From Rhina ancylostomus (lineage: Eukaryota), in the NCBI GenBank assembly GCA_030265395.1, contig JARFYF010000007.1, positions 19,494,216 to 19,558,215 of the forward strand: 64,000 nucleotides of DNA, in the 5' to 3' direction. Made by a program: the position numbers and the translations under genes. Under the pieces are notes generated by a model. That model was not told the origin of the DNA. It did no database searches and was given only the letters and a program-made list of their open reading frames with translations. Positions within the stretch are counted from its first letter, which is position 1, and every line of letters starts with the position of its first letter. Shown one piece after another: positions 39,400 to 51,921 of the stretch.

Positions 39400-40700
39400 G
39401 TGTATGTATATACTATTAGAACAATGTCTTTTGACATCTATCACTCCTTGAGCTCATATCACTGAGATGTACCTGTTATTTGTACAGTAGCTCCAGTCTT
39501 AATTGTCATTGGTAGTTAACATGTCAGCCCAAGCAATGTATTCCCCAGTTCTGGTTTCTAAAATCCAAGCAAGACATTTCTACTGTCACCAACCCTTCCA
39601 ATGAAGGCCAACATTGTTTGCCTCCCTAATCTGTATTTCTGGAACCCATCCCACCCTTGTACACTGACATTCAGCTTGATGTTTTTATTCTTCAAGTTTT
39701 CCTATCTTCCCCTCCAATTTTCCTACCATATTTTTCTACCATCTATTAACTAAAGTGAATGGTTAATCTCCTTTTNNNNNNNNNNNNNNNNNNNNNNNNN
39801 NNNNNNNNNNNNNNNNNNNNNNNNNNNNNNNNNNNNNNNNNNNNNNNNNNNNNNNNNNNNNNNNNNNNNNNNNNNTCTATTAACTAAAGTGACTGGTTAA
39901 TCTCCTTTTTATTTTGACTTTTCATCCACTTGATTTCACTTTCTTAGGATCTTTGCTAACAATGTGCTAAGATTTACCAATGGGATGCCAACCTGAGAAC
40001 CACCTGCTTAGACCTACTGTTTAAACTATATCCATGCTGTATACTCAACTTGTGGGCTCTTATTTCATATACCAATCTTCTGCAGTACCTTATCAAATTA
40101 CTTTTTTTGGGGGGGGGAGGGAAGAAGAGGAAGAGAGATACAGATCTCATTCACTGGTTACCCCCCTTATACAACCCACAGTTAAAATGTCATGCTCTTA
40201 ATTCATTTTTCTTTCATAAGAATCTGCCTGACTATTTGATTTTCTAAATGCCCTGTTACTACCACCCATTTTTCTTGATGGATGTCAAGCTAACTGGTCT
40301 GTAGTGGCTTCAATCTTAAATAGTCTCCATTTGTTCTTCAACTTACTGGGACCATTCCAGGACCTAAGGAATTTTGGAAGATCACTTTCATGCTACTTTT
40401 AGAACCCTGCAATGCATCTAATCTATCTCTAGGGATTTGTCTGGTTTTAGTCCCCTTAATTATTCCTTTAACATGTAAAAGTAAAGTTTCTTACTGTTAC
40501 CTTGGTTCTCCACCACTTCATTTGCTGCACTACAAGTAAGTGTTAATATTTCATTTCTTCCCCAATGATACTTCTGACTTAGATTTTGTTTTTAGAAGTG
40601 TTTTTACATTAATGTAGAAGTTTTAATTGTCATAGTAATTAACAATTTTCATTCACCATTTGTTTGGGCATGTGTAAGGAAGCAGAAACATCTCAGGCTT
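39400..40700 (-). mobile_element. Highly degenerate CR1 LINE remnant
   Basis: gatgtcaagctaactggtctgtag reads YRPVSLTS on the minus strand (40281-40304); other CR1-like patches nearby. Confidence 0.5.
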
Positions 40701-41237
40701 GCTGTTCTTGGCAGTGATGCCAATCTCTAATTGTCTCTCAGCAGGATCACTTCAGTGTGGCCCAATGGAAAGCATTTATTCAGAATTTAATGTTTCCTTA
40801 GAACCACAGGCAAACTATTAGTTTTTCATTTGAAGGACAATCATTCCTTGTGCCTACATAATTGTCAGAAACTATTACAATTTTGAACTGTATACAAAAT
40901 TCTGACTTGATCTCATGAGTACTAAATACAACAGCTAAAAGAGCCCAGTCCCTGGATGGGAATTTGCTGCCTTATTCAGTGAATATCCTCAGCATTGGCT
41001 GACTTTGATTTTCCCCAGTCTGCGTAGGTTAGGCCTATTATTGCACTAATTTTGCTACTCATTCTTTTGTATTGCTGTTTAGGGAGCATGTATATTGTTA
41101 ACCAGCATTTGTCCTTATCTGACACACACTTGTTCTGTCAAAAAACATTCCTTGCTCCTGCCCTTGTCATCCTTTTATGAATATTGCACCCTTTCCTGCC
41201 CCCCCCATATCACCTCTACTACTGTGATGGGGTCATG

Positions 41238-41495
41238 AGCAGAGAACAGGCCCTTCAATCCAACCAGTCCATACTGACCAAGAGGCCCATCTAAGCTAGT
41301 CCCATTTGTCTGTGTTTGACCCACATCCCTCTAAACCTTTCCTATTCATGTACCTGTCCAAGTGTCTTAAATATTTAAATGTATCTGCCTCAACCAATTC
41401 CTCTGGCAGCTTATTTCAGAGACAGATCACCCTCTTAAAGGTTGTCCCTCTGTTTCCAATTAAATCTCTTCCCTCTCACCTTAAACTTTACCCAA
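41238..41495 (-). mobile_element. CR1 LINE 3' end
   Basis: acaggcccttc...agtcccatttg...ccctctaaacctttcctattcatgtacctgtcca...ctctggcagc; reverse copy of the 12160-12370 family. Confidence 0.75.
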
Positions 41496-41937
41496 ACTAA
41501 TGCTTTTTCTCTCCTAACCTGATTAGCCATGGTTCTGGTCAGCTTTCCTAGTGTCCCTGGAATTGAAACACTTTTTTCACCTACACCATTTGAGCTATGT
41601 CTGTGCTTCAAGTAAAAATCTGCTATCAATGTTTCCCTGAGTGGACCACAACTATTGGCTACTCCCCTCCCACTCAAATTTTCTACAGCCCCTAGGTGTT
41701 GACCTAGACCCAGGCAGCCACTGCAGCCCTTGAGACAGCTGGGGTGAATATTATTTATCCCTCCTAACTATACCACTTCAATTCCAGTCCTTCCCCCTAC
41801 TTTAAAGTCTCACATCTCAGAAACCAATCTAGCAGAACAGCTGCATGATACAAGTATGCACAGATAGCAGATGGCCAAAATCAAAAGGCTCCTGCATCAC
41901 TCCTGCCTATATCCTCATGTAGTGAATGGAAAAAGTT

Positions 41938-42020
41938 ATCCAGGAAACAAATGCATACATACTTGTTACATAAGTTTCAACCCAGGACTTGTGTAACAAG
42001 TATGCATTTGCTTCCTGGAT
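41938..42020. repeat. Near-perfect inverted repeat (83-nt hairpin)
   Basis: atccaggaaacaaatgcatac(atac)ttgttacataagt / 11-nt loop / acttgtgtaacaagtatgcatttgcttcctggat. Confidence 0.9.
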
Positions 42021-42294
42021 CACAATCCAGTTAACTTCAATGCATCATAATACTTGCTTCATTCACTGAGCTGATTGATTTGCATTCCTTCAAGATGCAA
42101 ACAATTTACTGTGCAGTACAACTGATTCTGCAATGGGCCCTTTTGTTATTGTCAGTATGGACATGGGCCAAAGTGTCTGTTGGAAATCTCTAGTCTTTTA
42201 CCTCCCATATGTTGGAGTTGAACACCTAACCACCTCGGTGTCTTGCCAAATTTAACTGGGTTGATTTAAGCTAACACTAACATTACAAGTGCTG

Positions 42295-43380
42295 TATACA
42301 CTCAGCAGGTTAGGCACATCAATGGAATCTGTGGAAGGAAAAACTGTCAATGTTTCAGGTCCAGAGCACTTCATCAGAACCGAGGAGATAACAGCAAGTT
42401 TTCAGTAGGAGAGAGAGGTGGTGGATGTGGAAAATTAAAGGAAATGGGAATAGTTACCAGCACACTAAGCTTCACTGTAATGTATTGTAAATGGCGAGGG
42501 TGTGGATATGTCAGACTATATTAATAGAATGAGGAAAACTGGACCAAAACTATGACAGGCAGAAATGGCCATTTCTGCATGAAGTGCTTAAAGCTGAAGT
42601 ACTATCAAGTCCAGAAGGCTAGTATATGGCCAGATGCAAGATGAGATGTTTGACTATTGCCTGTATCACCTTGCAGTTGAAGGTTTGAGTAGGGATAGAA
42701 TAAATTAAAGTGGCAGATAACCAGAAGCTCAGGGTGACTACACAACACAGATGCTCCACAAAAATCACTCTATTTGCATTTGGTTTCTCCCACTTTTGGG
42801 TGATCATATGCAAACATTGGCTTGAAGTGAATCACTACTACATCTGGAAGGACTCTTTCCATTCCTGGATGGAGGAAAGGGGAGGTGAAAGGACAGGTGT
42901 TGCATGGAAATGTACCAGATGATAAAATAGATGGTGAGGACAAATGCAGACCAGGGAGTTGTAAAGGGAGTGATCTCTTAAATGCTGAAGAGGGGGAAGG
43001 AACTGACAGTAGAGCATTGTTAGAGCTTATAGAAACTGCAAAGGATGTATTGGCTAATGGTATGAGGACACTGAGCAGGAGGTCAAAAGGTTTTCTACAT
43101 TGCAGTAGAATGGAAGCCACAGTTCAGGAGAGATACTTCAGAAGCATCTCTGCTGAATGTCTGAGTAAATGTGACAGGGCAAATGAGAGAATGGAATGGG
43201 TTCCTTACAGCAGATCTGGTAGGAGGTGGTGATATAATCCCAGTCATTCCAACCCCCACCTACAGTTATGACATGATCCTAGACCAGAAACATTAACTCT
43301 TTCCTCTGAGATATGACCCAACTTGAGTTTCCAGCATTGTTTTGAGTTTCCAACATCTGCATTTTTCTTTGATTTCCATT
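42295..43380 (-). mobile_element. Degenerate Penelope-like retroelement remnant with inverted terminal arms
   Basis: The minus strand shows frameshifted GIY-YIG-region remnants (FPCNTCPF..., GETK..., EHL..., CHFN). Both ends carry the family arm (ctcagcaggt...gtttcagg; cagaaacattaactct...tttccagcatt) in opposite orientations. Confidence 0.7.
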
Positions 43381-44356
43381 TACTATAAAATTATACAGTA
43401 CCTGCACAATACACCAAGTACTGGAAGTGCAAACCAGCACCTTCATCTTGTGCACTAGATTCCCCTACTAGCCAAATACCAAAGTCCATTCACTTTTATA
43501 GGAACAACTTCTCTCAGTAGTGAATCTCTGCAATTCCCTACTTCTACCTTCTGTGGAGGCTAGATTGAGTGGCTGAGAAAACTATTTGTGATATTTTATG
43601 TTGATGGTCTCTGCCTTCCTCTTCAGAGGAAAGCTATATGCTTTTCTTACATCAATGACATCAAAACTTACCCTGATCAATGAACTGCTTCTCCTTCCTA
43701 TTTTGCTGTGGGCCATATATACTGTGCCAGTTTCTGTGACCAACAGTTAAGTACAGAATCACTCCACATTTCACTCTGGTACATACATATTGCACCTTTT
43801 CTGAATCACTTCACCACTATCTACTACAGCTTCAAGCCAGAGAAAGGGAGGAATTAAATAGTGTCTATTTCAAATCCATGTAATTTCAATGAATTGCCAT
43901 TGATTCCATTACAAGCTTGTGTGTAAACTTTATGCATAAGCAGCTCTGCCAATCTGAGGTGTAATAACTAGGCTGTAGAGGTAATAACTAGTTTGCACAT
44001 ATTAGAACATGGATAAATGTTCTCTATTGATTTAATTGCAGCTAGCCTGCTTAGGCCTCTCCAGAGATGAACACTCCCACTCTCCAATTCCTAAACACTG
44101 CCACTAGTTGTACTTTAGTGCTGCTCTTTCCCCTCAATTTTCTATTGCTTCACACTAATCAAAAGGTTATGAAGGGACAAGAAACCCTACTGCAGACATT
44201 TGGAAATAACTGGTTTTATAATGAACACCACTTTGCAAACAGGGTTCCTCAAGCCTTGGCACTTAAATGGATCAACCAAAGCAAGATGTTTCAGGTAAGG
44301 GGTGGAGGAGAGAGAAATTGGTAGAGGAAGATATCATTAACAAAATTTGTACTTGC

Positions 44357-44515
44357 CTTCCTTCATAAGAATATTTCTGAATGTACTAAAGAAACCAGCT
44401 TGTTGCCCAGCCATTGAGAGAACCTGTATGCGTGATTTCACACAGTCAATTGGATAAACAGCAATCCACAAGCAGGCACCTCCAAAACCACCACTCACCA
44501 TCAAGGGAATAGGAC
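44357..44515 (-). CDS. SLC25A15: SLC25A15 coding exon 5 (GC donor)
   Basis: ataaag|GT CCT...GAA G|gcaagt, 159 nt. [52 protein letters not shown]; third carrier signature PxDxxKxR. Confidence 0.95.
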
Positions 44516-46594
44516 CTTTATAAGTATAAATTAATGTTGGTTACTTCATACAGTAACTCCAAAAAAAACTCTTCATTCACATATTCAACTATTCAGATTA
44601 CTTTGTTTGCATTATCAGAAAATGAAAGCAGATGGAAACAAAAACACCCAGGAACAGATTTAAATAGAATAACTGGCATGCTATAAAACTGTTTTGTACT
44701 CCATGTTTTCCATCCTGGGCTTGGTCATCATATCTACAGTGACAAGGCATTTCCTTAAAAGATCAAGCCAGTGAATCATTCCATAGATGTTGGCCTTGCT
44801 GGCAATTCCACTGTCTCTCAATTTTTAAAATAAAGACTATAAACTTGCCCTGCAGTAGAGATGGTTTTAAATTTCTCCATTCTATCACCCTGTAGATGCT
44901 CCAATATTTTTCTAATTTATAGAGCAAAAGAGAGGTATTTGAATGTACTGCAAGGAATTATGACAATTTTCAGAAAGTTATGTAGCACCAAAGGACAACC
45001 ACCATCCTTCCCTATTTTTCCTTTATTAAATTTGATTCGTGGACTATTGCAATTTGGTCAAGGCAATTTCTCACTTTGCTCCCTACAGGTTTTTGAAATC
45101 CAGTTTGATACTTCTGATACATTAAGGTAATTTGCAGGTGGACTAAATGATATTCCAAGCTTGGTACAGTTAATATTTTGGAAAGATGCATGCTTTGCAC
45201 TTCTGCAATAGAATGGAGAAATTTAAAACCACCTCTACTGCAGGGCAAATTTATAGTTTTTATTTTAAAATGAAGTATCATTTTCATTGACATCCAGACA
45301 TTTTCATTGCTGCTTGGCTGAAAGTTTGTACGTAGTGGGAGAGTTTTAAAAATTGTACTTTGGAAATAAAAATTAAGTAAACTAGTCAATTAAGGGGAGT
45401 GAAACTGATAAAGCTTGAGAAAGCCAGGTTTCACTGCTGTCTTCCATCGATTGTTCCTTGAAGTAGTGATGTTAGAAAGCCATCCACCATACTGTGCAAG
45501 TGTAATAAAACAAAAATGAAATACTTAACGTGGAAGTGATAGTATTTGATGGTAAAATCCTGGCTTCCAAGCAGTTCAGTAATCTACACACTCCAATATC
45601 ATGCACTTTAGAACAGACATCTGGGCAGTGCTGAGGGAGCTCCAGGCCAACATCAGGTTAACCAGCACCACATGCACCAAATAAGAGCTTTTACTATATA
45701 TACATTTTAGGGTAAAGAGTGTTCCCATTCAAGAATAAACAGAAAATGCAGGTAATATGCATATTTTAAAAGTGACTATTCTAGACTAATTGCCTCCCCA
45801 GCCTATTTCAAAATAGTAAGGGTCAATTGTAATTAGTGATGAAAAATAAGAAATTCTAAGATCAAAAGAGTTGCTTTAAAGCAGCATTTTCAAAATCCAC
45901 TGGCTGGATTGAAGGGAGAATGTTGGGATTATTTCCCCAATCCATACCCCATCTCATGTCAGAAGGGAGGTACAAGATTGTTTTCAATCTTGATGCAAAA
46001 TATTTAGTTTAGATTTATAACTATTCAATTTTGACAGCTTGATGCAAAGTTCACAAGTTTAGAACACTTCCAGGATGATGTTCAAGGGATACAAAAAAAT
46101 ACTTGCTTTAAACAACTTTATAGATCAAAGAGGCAAATCTTTGGATATGCTGGTTTAGTCTAACATCCAATATTCCAACTACAGAGCAGTGTGCATAATG
46201 TACATGGAAGTAATGGGGAAAAAGGATTTTTTCCATACATAATACCCAGTAGGTGATTTGTAGGATCATTGGGGAAGACCTTGATCATTTCTGTTGATCT
46301 CAGAAACAGATGTGAAGATGAGCTGCTAACTTACAACCTCCTGTTTTACACCCATGTATCCCAATATGCCTTCTAATCCTAGTTTCTAAAGAGCAACCTG
46401 CGTCAATTTTTAATTCTATGCTTTAAAGCCTGTACTGCAATTCAGTTGACAGGCTTAATAGGAATCTGCACGAGATTGGGATTTTCTTACTTTCACATCA
46501 CCAGTAAGAATAGTTTCCTGCAATAACATAGGCCCCAGTAACATCACACAGACGACTGGGTCCATTTGGTTTTCCCACAAAAGGGAAGGATTAC

Positions 46595-47050
46595 ATTTCT
46601 GATTAGAGGGAGTGCAGTGAAGGTACACCAGAAGGATGTTTTGAACTACAAAACATTAAAGAAAACTGAGCAAATACTCTCAATGAAACACTGATAGATG
46701 GTCCTGGCTGGGATGTGCAGAACCAGAAGCAAAAAATATTAAAAATGAAGGGGGGGTGTGGTGGTGGCAGCAGGGGAAAGAAAGGTAGCAGTCTTTCCAG
46801 ACTAAGATTAGAATAAATATATTTTTCAACTAGAGGATAGTGAATTTTTAGAATTCTCTACCCAGGAGAGGTATGGAGATCAGTCAGCAAATATATTCAA
46901 GGTAGAGATTGATAGACTTTTGGATATTAGGGGAAATTAAGTTATATATAGGTGACTGCAGGAAAGTGGTACCAAGGGTAAAAATCAGGCACAATCTTAC
47001 TGAATAGCAGAGCAAGCACAGGCAGCAACTCCTGATGCCATTTCTTACGA
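46595..47050 (+). mobile_element. CR1 LINE 3' end
   Basis: gagggagtgcagtgaaggtacaccaga...aattctctacccaggagag...tatattcaaggtagagattgatagacttttg. Confidence 0.65.
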
Positions 47051-48418
47051 GAAGCCAAGTCAGCAGCTTGGCCTTTGGACCAAGTATTTGCTGACATATT
47101 TTCCACTTGCACTGGCCCCTTTTTGGGGAGGCAGGAGGGCTGAAACACAGACAAACGAAGACGATTGCAGATCACTTAGGGGTGGGGGGGCAAAAGACTG
47201 ACAGGTGTACATTTCTAGATTCTCATCATTTTTAAAAAGGCCAAATTTCCAGTGTGGACCATTTATATTCAAACATTTCAATTCCCCCATTTCAGGCTTT
47301 CAATGTCTTCAGTATCTTTTTTAAATTCTAAAATGGGATGTCTCCAATGAGCTGAATGGCTTCATGATCCACAAGAATGCAGTTAAGAGTCAACCACATA
47401 GCAGTCAGAGACTGAACATAGCTTGAAGGTTTCAGATCAGTTTTGCAACTTGTGCTGATGTTATAACCTTAAGATATAGTGTCCACATCAAATTAATCAG
47501 AATTTTTTTCTGGGACTAGTATCAATTAATGTTAATTTTCCAGGTTTGGTGTACGTGGTGTGGGCCAATATGTACACATAATGTTTACTGTTGCCATGTA
47601 TCAGACAGCTTGGTTTCCTATAGTCTTCAATTGTTCATTTGACTGCGAGATTTATCTGCCATATTTTCAACAGGATCCCAGAGATGAGTGGAAATGGAGG
47701 TGGTGGTTCTTTCTGAAGCACATGTGAAAAATAATACCTCTACAATCCTGGAATAAAAGCATGGGACTCTCCAGATCTAACTCTGAAACACCCCTAACCT
47801 GAAAAAGGAAAATCTGTTTGTACTGAGGATGGTGTCCTTGCTTCCCAATTTGCTTCAGGTACATACCTAGATTAGGGTGGTGTCTGTGACAGGGTGAGCT
47901 CTCACTAAATGTGGAGGCAAGGTCATAACTTCCAAGAATGTTCATTGAAGAGAATGTGGACATTTTCCCTTTATCACTGATACACCAATTTGATCCCACA
48001 AAAATTATTTTCTTTGATACATTAGGAAAGCACTAGCCTATACTTGAGTCACAAACTCCAACCCCAAGGCCATCAGGTCCAGTAATCTTCAGAGGATGTG
48101 CCAGCCTGGTCAAATTTGTGAACACTTAATGCCACCTATTTCAGGAAATCTCAGATGTTTCCATTATTGTAGTGTTGCAAAGGAATGATGCTCCTTCTTC
48201 CAAATTTATAAGCATCTTTCACAATAATACAAATATTATTGTAAAATTGAGCCTTTGTTTCAGAATAATGACTACGAGGTGCAATAGGACACTTTGGAAG
48301 TTTTGTTGCAACATACAAAAAATAGTTAAGAACAGCAACAGCTGATTTCACTCAGCTTCAGGCTTTCAGTTCTATTCTGTTTAATAAACATTGCTTCCCA
48401 TTTGCTTTAGCTACTTAC

Positions 48419-48591
48419 CGAGATCAGCTTTAGTTTGGCCTGCACGAGTGAAAAGAGTACGACTCAGTTCATAACCACCAAAGAAGAAAAAGTAGCCAGG
48501 CATTTCCCTCATCAAAGTGCTTGACAGACCTTGGTACATGCCAAGAGGGCCATCAGTTTTCAGAACGTTTTTGATCACTGCCCAAACAGTA
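48419..48591 (-). CDS. SLC25A15: SLC25A15 coding exon 4
   Basis: ttgtag|T ACT...CTC G|gtaagt, 173 nt. [57 protein letters not shown]. Confidence 0.96.
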
Positions 48592-49019
48592 CTACAAAAG
48601 GAGAAAAGTGCACATATTAAGGACTACCTGGGTTATGATTGGCAGTGTCACCAGTAGCTACAGCAGGATTCAGACATGCAGTTTCACTGCTGAGCATCAT
48701 ACAGTAAAAAAAAAACACGGTATAAGTTTTAATTCCCAAACTGCATTAGTTTTTAAATAAATAGGCAACTTGATCCCCCTCCCTCTACCAATGAATCCTG
48801 TCAAAAATCAGCTCCAAGTAGAAAGACCAATCCTCCATCACATATAGCAACCCCTACAGTATTTTCTGTCAATTTTCCCGACAGTTAAGGAAATTAGAAC
48901 TTGTTCTCAATTCTCATCACTCCACAGTATCGCACCAAGATCCACAGGAATGACAAATGAAAGTTGCAAAATAATAATGAGTAATACTAGCCATAAATCT
49001 TCTCATGGAATTAATGCTA

Positions 49020-49265
49020 TGGATGCCTTCTTTGTGGGATTTGCACACCCTCCCTGTGACCATGTGGGTTTCCTCCCACATCCCAAAGTCATCAAGTTAG
49101 TAGGTTAATTGGCTACTGTAAATGGCTCCTAGAGTGCAGCTAAGAGGTGGAATCTGAAGGAGAGGAGCTGATGAGAATGAAACAAAATAGGATTAATGCA
49201 AATGGCTGGTTAATGGTTGATGCTGACTTGAGGGCTGAAGGTCCCATTTTGTTCTGTCTCTCTAT
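49020..49265 (+). mobile_element. V-SINE-like element (5' truncated)
   Basis: tttgcacaccctccctgtgaccatgtgggtttcctcccacatcccaaag...ggttaattggc; CR1-like tail gggctgaaggtcc. Confidence 0.7.
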
Positions 49266-49789
49266 TACTCTAGGAATAGAATGTAGCTTTAAATCGGCAC
49301 TAGTTTTCATCAGCACTAATATACAACATCTGTCTGAGGATTTTTTAAAATAGAGCAGCTCACAGCTTCCAGTCAGTATTTCAATATCTTAACTTCCAAA
49401 AACCTCCAAAAAGTTAAAAAGTAAACTGTGCAATTAATTCTCTACCCCAGCACATTGTGGAGGCTAGATTGCTGGGGTACTTGAGAGGAAATAGATACAT
49501 TTTTGAAAGATCAGGGAATTAAAAGCTGTGGGAAATTGACAAAGATGAGGCCTGGGCCAAATTATCCATGATATGAATGGCAGGGCAGGTTGGAGGGGCC
49601 GAGTGGCCTAATTCTGCTCCTATTTTCTTATGTTCCAGAATTTCACATGGAATTTGGGTGAAAGGATTGCTCTGGTGACTGTGGCAAAAATCAAGTTTAT
49701 GAAGATTTCCTCCACTTGCACCTTTGAATAAAACCTTAAAATGTATCATTATAGGGACTTCAGAAATTCTCAACTGCTTAGGCATAAAA

Positions 49790-50075
49790 TCCATGGTGGG
49801 AGTAGTAGAGCAGGTTGCACTGCTGCCTCACAGTTCCATCAACCCAGGTTTCAGCCTCAACTTCCATGTTGACTCTGTGGAGTTTGCATATTCTCTGTGA
49901 CTGTTTTCCCCCTCCCCACCCCACCCCACAACCCAAAGATATGCTAACTGGTAAGTTAATTGATTGCTGCAAGTTTCCACTGATTTAAAGTGGAAGGTAA
50001 ACAGTAGGATAATCTGGGGAGTTCATGTACATGCCATAGACTTGATGGGCCAAATGGTCTCCTTCCTTGTAATAA
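49790..50075 (+). mobile_element. V-SINE-like element
   Basis: gcactgctgcctcacag...cccaggtttcagcc...gtggagtttgcatattctc...tgggccaaatggtctccttc. Confidence 0.7.
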
Positions 50076-51489
50076 GAGGACATGTCACAGTTACCTTTTT
50101 TAATGGACGTGTCTATGTGGAGAAACAGCACAATTGTGTGCTAATTTGGCATCTAAACAAAGAATATTTCTCACAAACAAATAAGTTATTCCTTCCCTCC
50201 ACTTACCCCTCTCTCTCTTCTTCCGCTCACTCCCCACCCCCACAAATCAAAGGCCTGGGTCCATCAGTTCCACTGCAAGGCAGCAGCAACATGAAGTAGC
50301 TTTACAAAAATGCAAGCAACAATATGCTGCACTGATAGACATGAAAATACAAGCAGAGTTCCTCATTGGGATTTAGTGGTTTAGTTAAGCTTGTGGTGTG
50401 GGAGGGAGAAAGGACAGACAAGAGAAAAAAACTAAATCAGTGCGCAATTTGAGTTACCCATGAGAGTGTAAAAGGACAGTCCATTCTTAAAGATTCTCAT
50501 TTTATCTTGCAGCAGCATGAAGGGCAAATCTCTATTCTATTAACACTGGGATTTCCTAATGCGCACAGTGTGTAATGCTGGTTGTCTGCCTGATCCGATA
50601 ACGATTTGGTAGATCTTCCCCAAGCTGTCTGGCACAATTTAGATTTCACATTACTAAGTAATGTAATGCAGTGTGGAAAAAACAAAAGCTAGCTTTGAAC
50701 ATTTAGACTGAAGGCTGCACAAAGGAAAACATTTCTCTTGCTCTCTTCACCACTATCCCCAAGCAGCTGACCACCAAACCCTCTTTGGGTCATTTAGGTC
50801 ACAAAGCACGCCACTGTTAAAACTTTATCCCGGTTACCATATGCAAACATTGTTTTATAACCAACAGAATGAGAGGACTTAAATAGACCTCAGTATGGGG
50901 ANNNNNNNNNNNNNNNNNNNNNNNNNNNNNNNNNNNNNNNNNNNNNNNNNNNNNNTATTTGTTACTTGGACAAAATCCTCAAAAGAAGCCATTTTCCTCT
51001 CTATAATTACTGGCAAGATCTCTTGTCCATGTCTTTTACCTTGGTCCAGCATCAACAATAGGGCAGGCTGACAAGTTACTTGCAAGTTTTTGACACCACT
51101 ATTTACCAGTCACTAAGTGACAATGCCTACCTGCACATACTTACTAATACTTCATAAGGAGTACCCAGAGTAGGAGTATTATCTACACATTGCAGTTTAT
51201 GTGATAGTGTTGCCGAAACTACAAGCTTACACTGAACACTCAACCCCATCCTTTCATCTCAGGGTACATTGTTTTATAGTCTGAATATAGACTCCACACA
51301 AAAATTTAAATAAGATCAGTGACAGAAACTCTCTGTGGAAATCAGATTTAACCTTGGCTAATCTAAATTTTATGCAAACTATAAAATAGAAAGCTACAAG
51401 TCACATTTTCCACACTTTGAAGGAATTGGAGCTATGTATTCCAATGATTTTATAAAAAGCACATTTTTAAACAATCTAATTTGACTTTA

Positions 51490-51690
51490 ACAAACAAAAT
51501 GCTGAAGATATTCAGCAGGTCAGGCAGCACATGAAGGCAGATAAACAACATTAATGTTTCAGTTCTCAAATTTTTCATTACGACTACCTCATCTTTAAAA
51601 AAGTGCATTTCTTTCTCTACAGATATTGTTGAGCTGTTAGTACTGCCAGCAATTTCCATTTCATTTCAGATTTCCAGCATCTGCAGTAGT
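51490..51690. repeat. Palindromic Penelope-derived short element
   Basis: aaatgctgaagatattcagcaggtcaggcagca... and ...ctacagatattgttgagctg...tttcagatttccagcatctgcagta; same family as 20580-20860. Confidence 0.65.
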
Positions 51691-51780
51691 TTGATTCCAG
51701 GCCAGCTTTAATCACAAAGACAGTATTGTTTAAGAGTACACTGAGCTTTCTCGTGATGTAATAAAAAAAAATGGACATAC

Positions 51781-51921
51781 CTGGGGTGTCCTTCTGCAAG
51801 TTTTCCTGAAGTTTTCATTTCATGCATTGCTTGAAGGCGACACTTGACCAACTCTGTTGGGCAGATGGCCAATGAGGCGAACACAGAGGCAAATGAGCCA
51901 GATGCAGCTTTCTGTATATCA
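51781..51921 (-). CDS. SLC25A15: SLC25A15 coding exon 3
   Basis: tttcag|T GAT...CCC AG|gtatgt, 141 nt. [46 protein letters not shown]; second carrier signature PTELVKCR. Confidence 0.96.

Noticed and set aside
39742-39910. Direct repeat of about 34 bp (tctattaactaaagtga[a/c]tggttaatctcctttt) on both sides of a gap
   Set aside because: It flanks a gap of exactly 100 N and is most simply an unmerged contig overlap or haplotype difference.
42770-43232. Overlapping 115-116 aa ORFs on both strands
   Set aside because: Explained by the frameshifted Penelope remnant; not an intact gene.
47667-47999. 110-aa minus-strand ORF in an SLC25A15 intron
   Set aside because: Non-ATG start, no recognisable homology, not needed for the gene model.
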